Translations under genes and position numbers: made by a program
The notes under the pieces: model-generated
The model's input: only the letters and a program-made list of their open reading frames with translations
What the model was told of the DNA's origin: nothing
The model's database searches: none
In this document: positions 59,424 through 59,444 of the stretch, piece after piece
Layout of the letters: each line of letters begins with the position of its first letter
Position numbering within the stretch: the stretch's first letter is position 1
Source: Mycoplasmoidaceae bacterium
GTDB lineage: Bacteria > Bacillota_I > Bacilli_A > Mycoplasmatales > Mycoplasmoidaceae
DNA: 59,444 bases
Reading direction: 5' to 3'
Assembly (NCBI GenBank): GCA_045599065.1
Contig: JAZRVJ010000041.1
Coordinates: 1 to 59,444, forward strand

Positions 59424-59444
59424 TTTTCTTTTTTGACTAGCTTT

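Overview
The window is an AT-rich Mollicutes chromosome segment (Mycoplasma/Mycoplasmopsis-like) that reads TGA as Trp (translation table 4). Every break the standard-code ORF track makes inside a recognisable gene is an in-frame TGA. I re-joined fragments by hand and checked the junctions I could for TAA/TAG.

About 80% of the window is tightly packed housekeeping sequence:
- gal operon: galK, galT, galM
- translation and RNA: rpsD, ileS, rpsP-rplS-trmD, rpmG x2, rpsB, tuf, tsf, frr, tlyA, rsmG, mnmG, tRNA-Arg(UCU), RNase P RNA
- DNA metabolism: dinB, a dprA-like gene, topA, polC, recU
- secretion and transcription: secE, nusG
- chaperones and proteases: clpB, tig, lon
- nucleotide, sugar and redox metabolism: pyrH, guaB, a truncated guaA, rpiB, trxA
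- lipid and isoprenoid genes: cdsA, cls, dxr, ispH

There are also two CIRCE operators and many hairpin terminators.

The standout is the right-hand 7.2 kb (52232..59444, minus strand). The ORF track shows only about 10 scraps there. With TGA=Trp they become three back-to-back large surface-protein genes:
- gene C: a signal-anchored multi-domain protein of at least 901 aa
- gene B: a 774 aa lipoprotein
- gene A: a 703 aa lipoprotein

Genes A and B are built from an unusual Cys-rich leucine-rich-type repeat, C-[YF]-x-x-[ML]-[FY]-x-x-C, usually preceded by LPA(T)xL. Gene C carries a separate BspA-style LRR at its C-terminus. Ig-like and Listeria-Bacteroides-repeat-like domains occur in both B and C, and the Listeria-Bacteroides-repeat-like head also in A. 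The three genes are joined by TAGGAG stop/Shine-Dalgarno overlaps.

Flanking oddities are an Sfp-type phosphopantetheinyl transferase and a beta-helix-like lipoprotein. Other unusual points:
- a GMP synthase without its glutamine-amidotransferase domain
- a tandem RpiB fusion
- a P-loop-less ParA-like gene
- MEP-pathway genes in a mycoplasma
- a repeated intergenic module

All domain calls come from reading motifs by eye. No database search was run, and boundaries of RNA and regulatory features are approximate.
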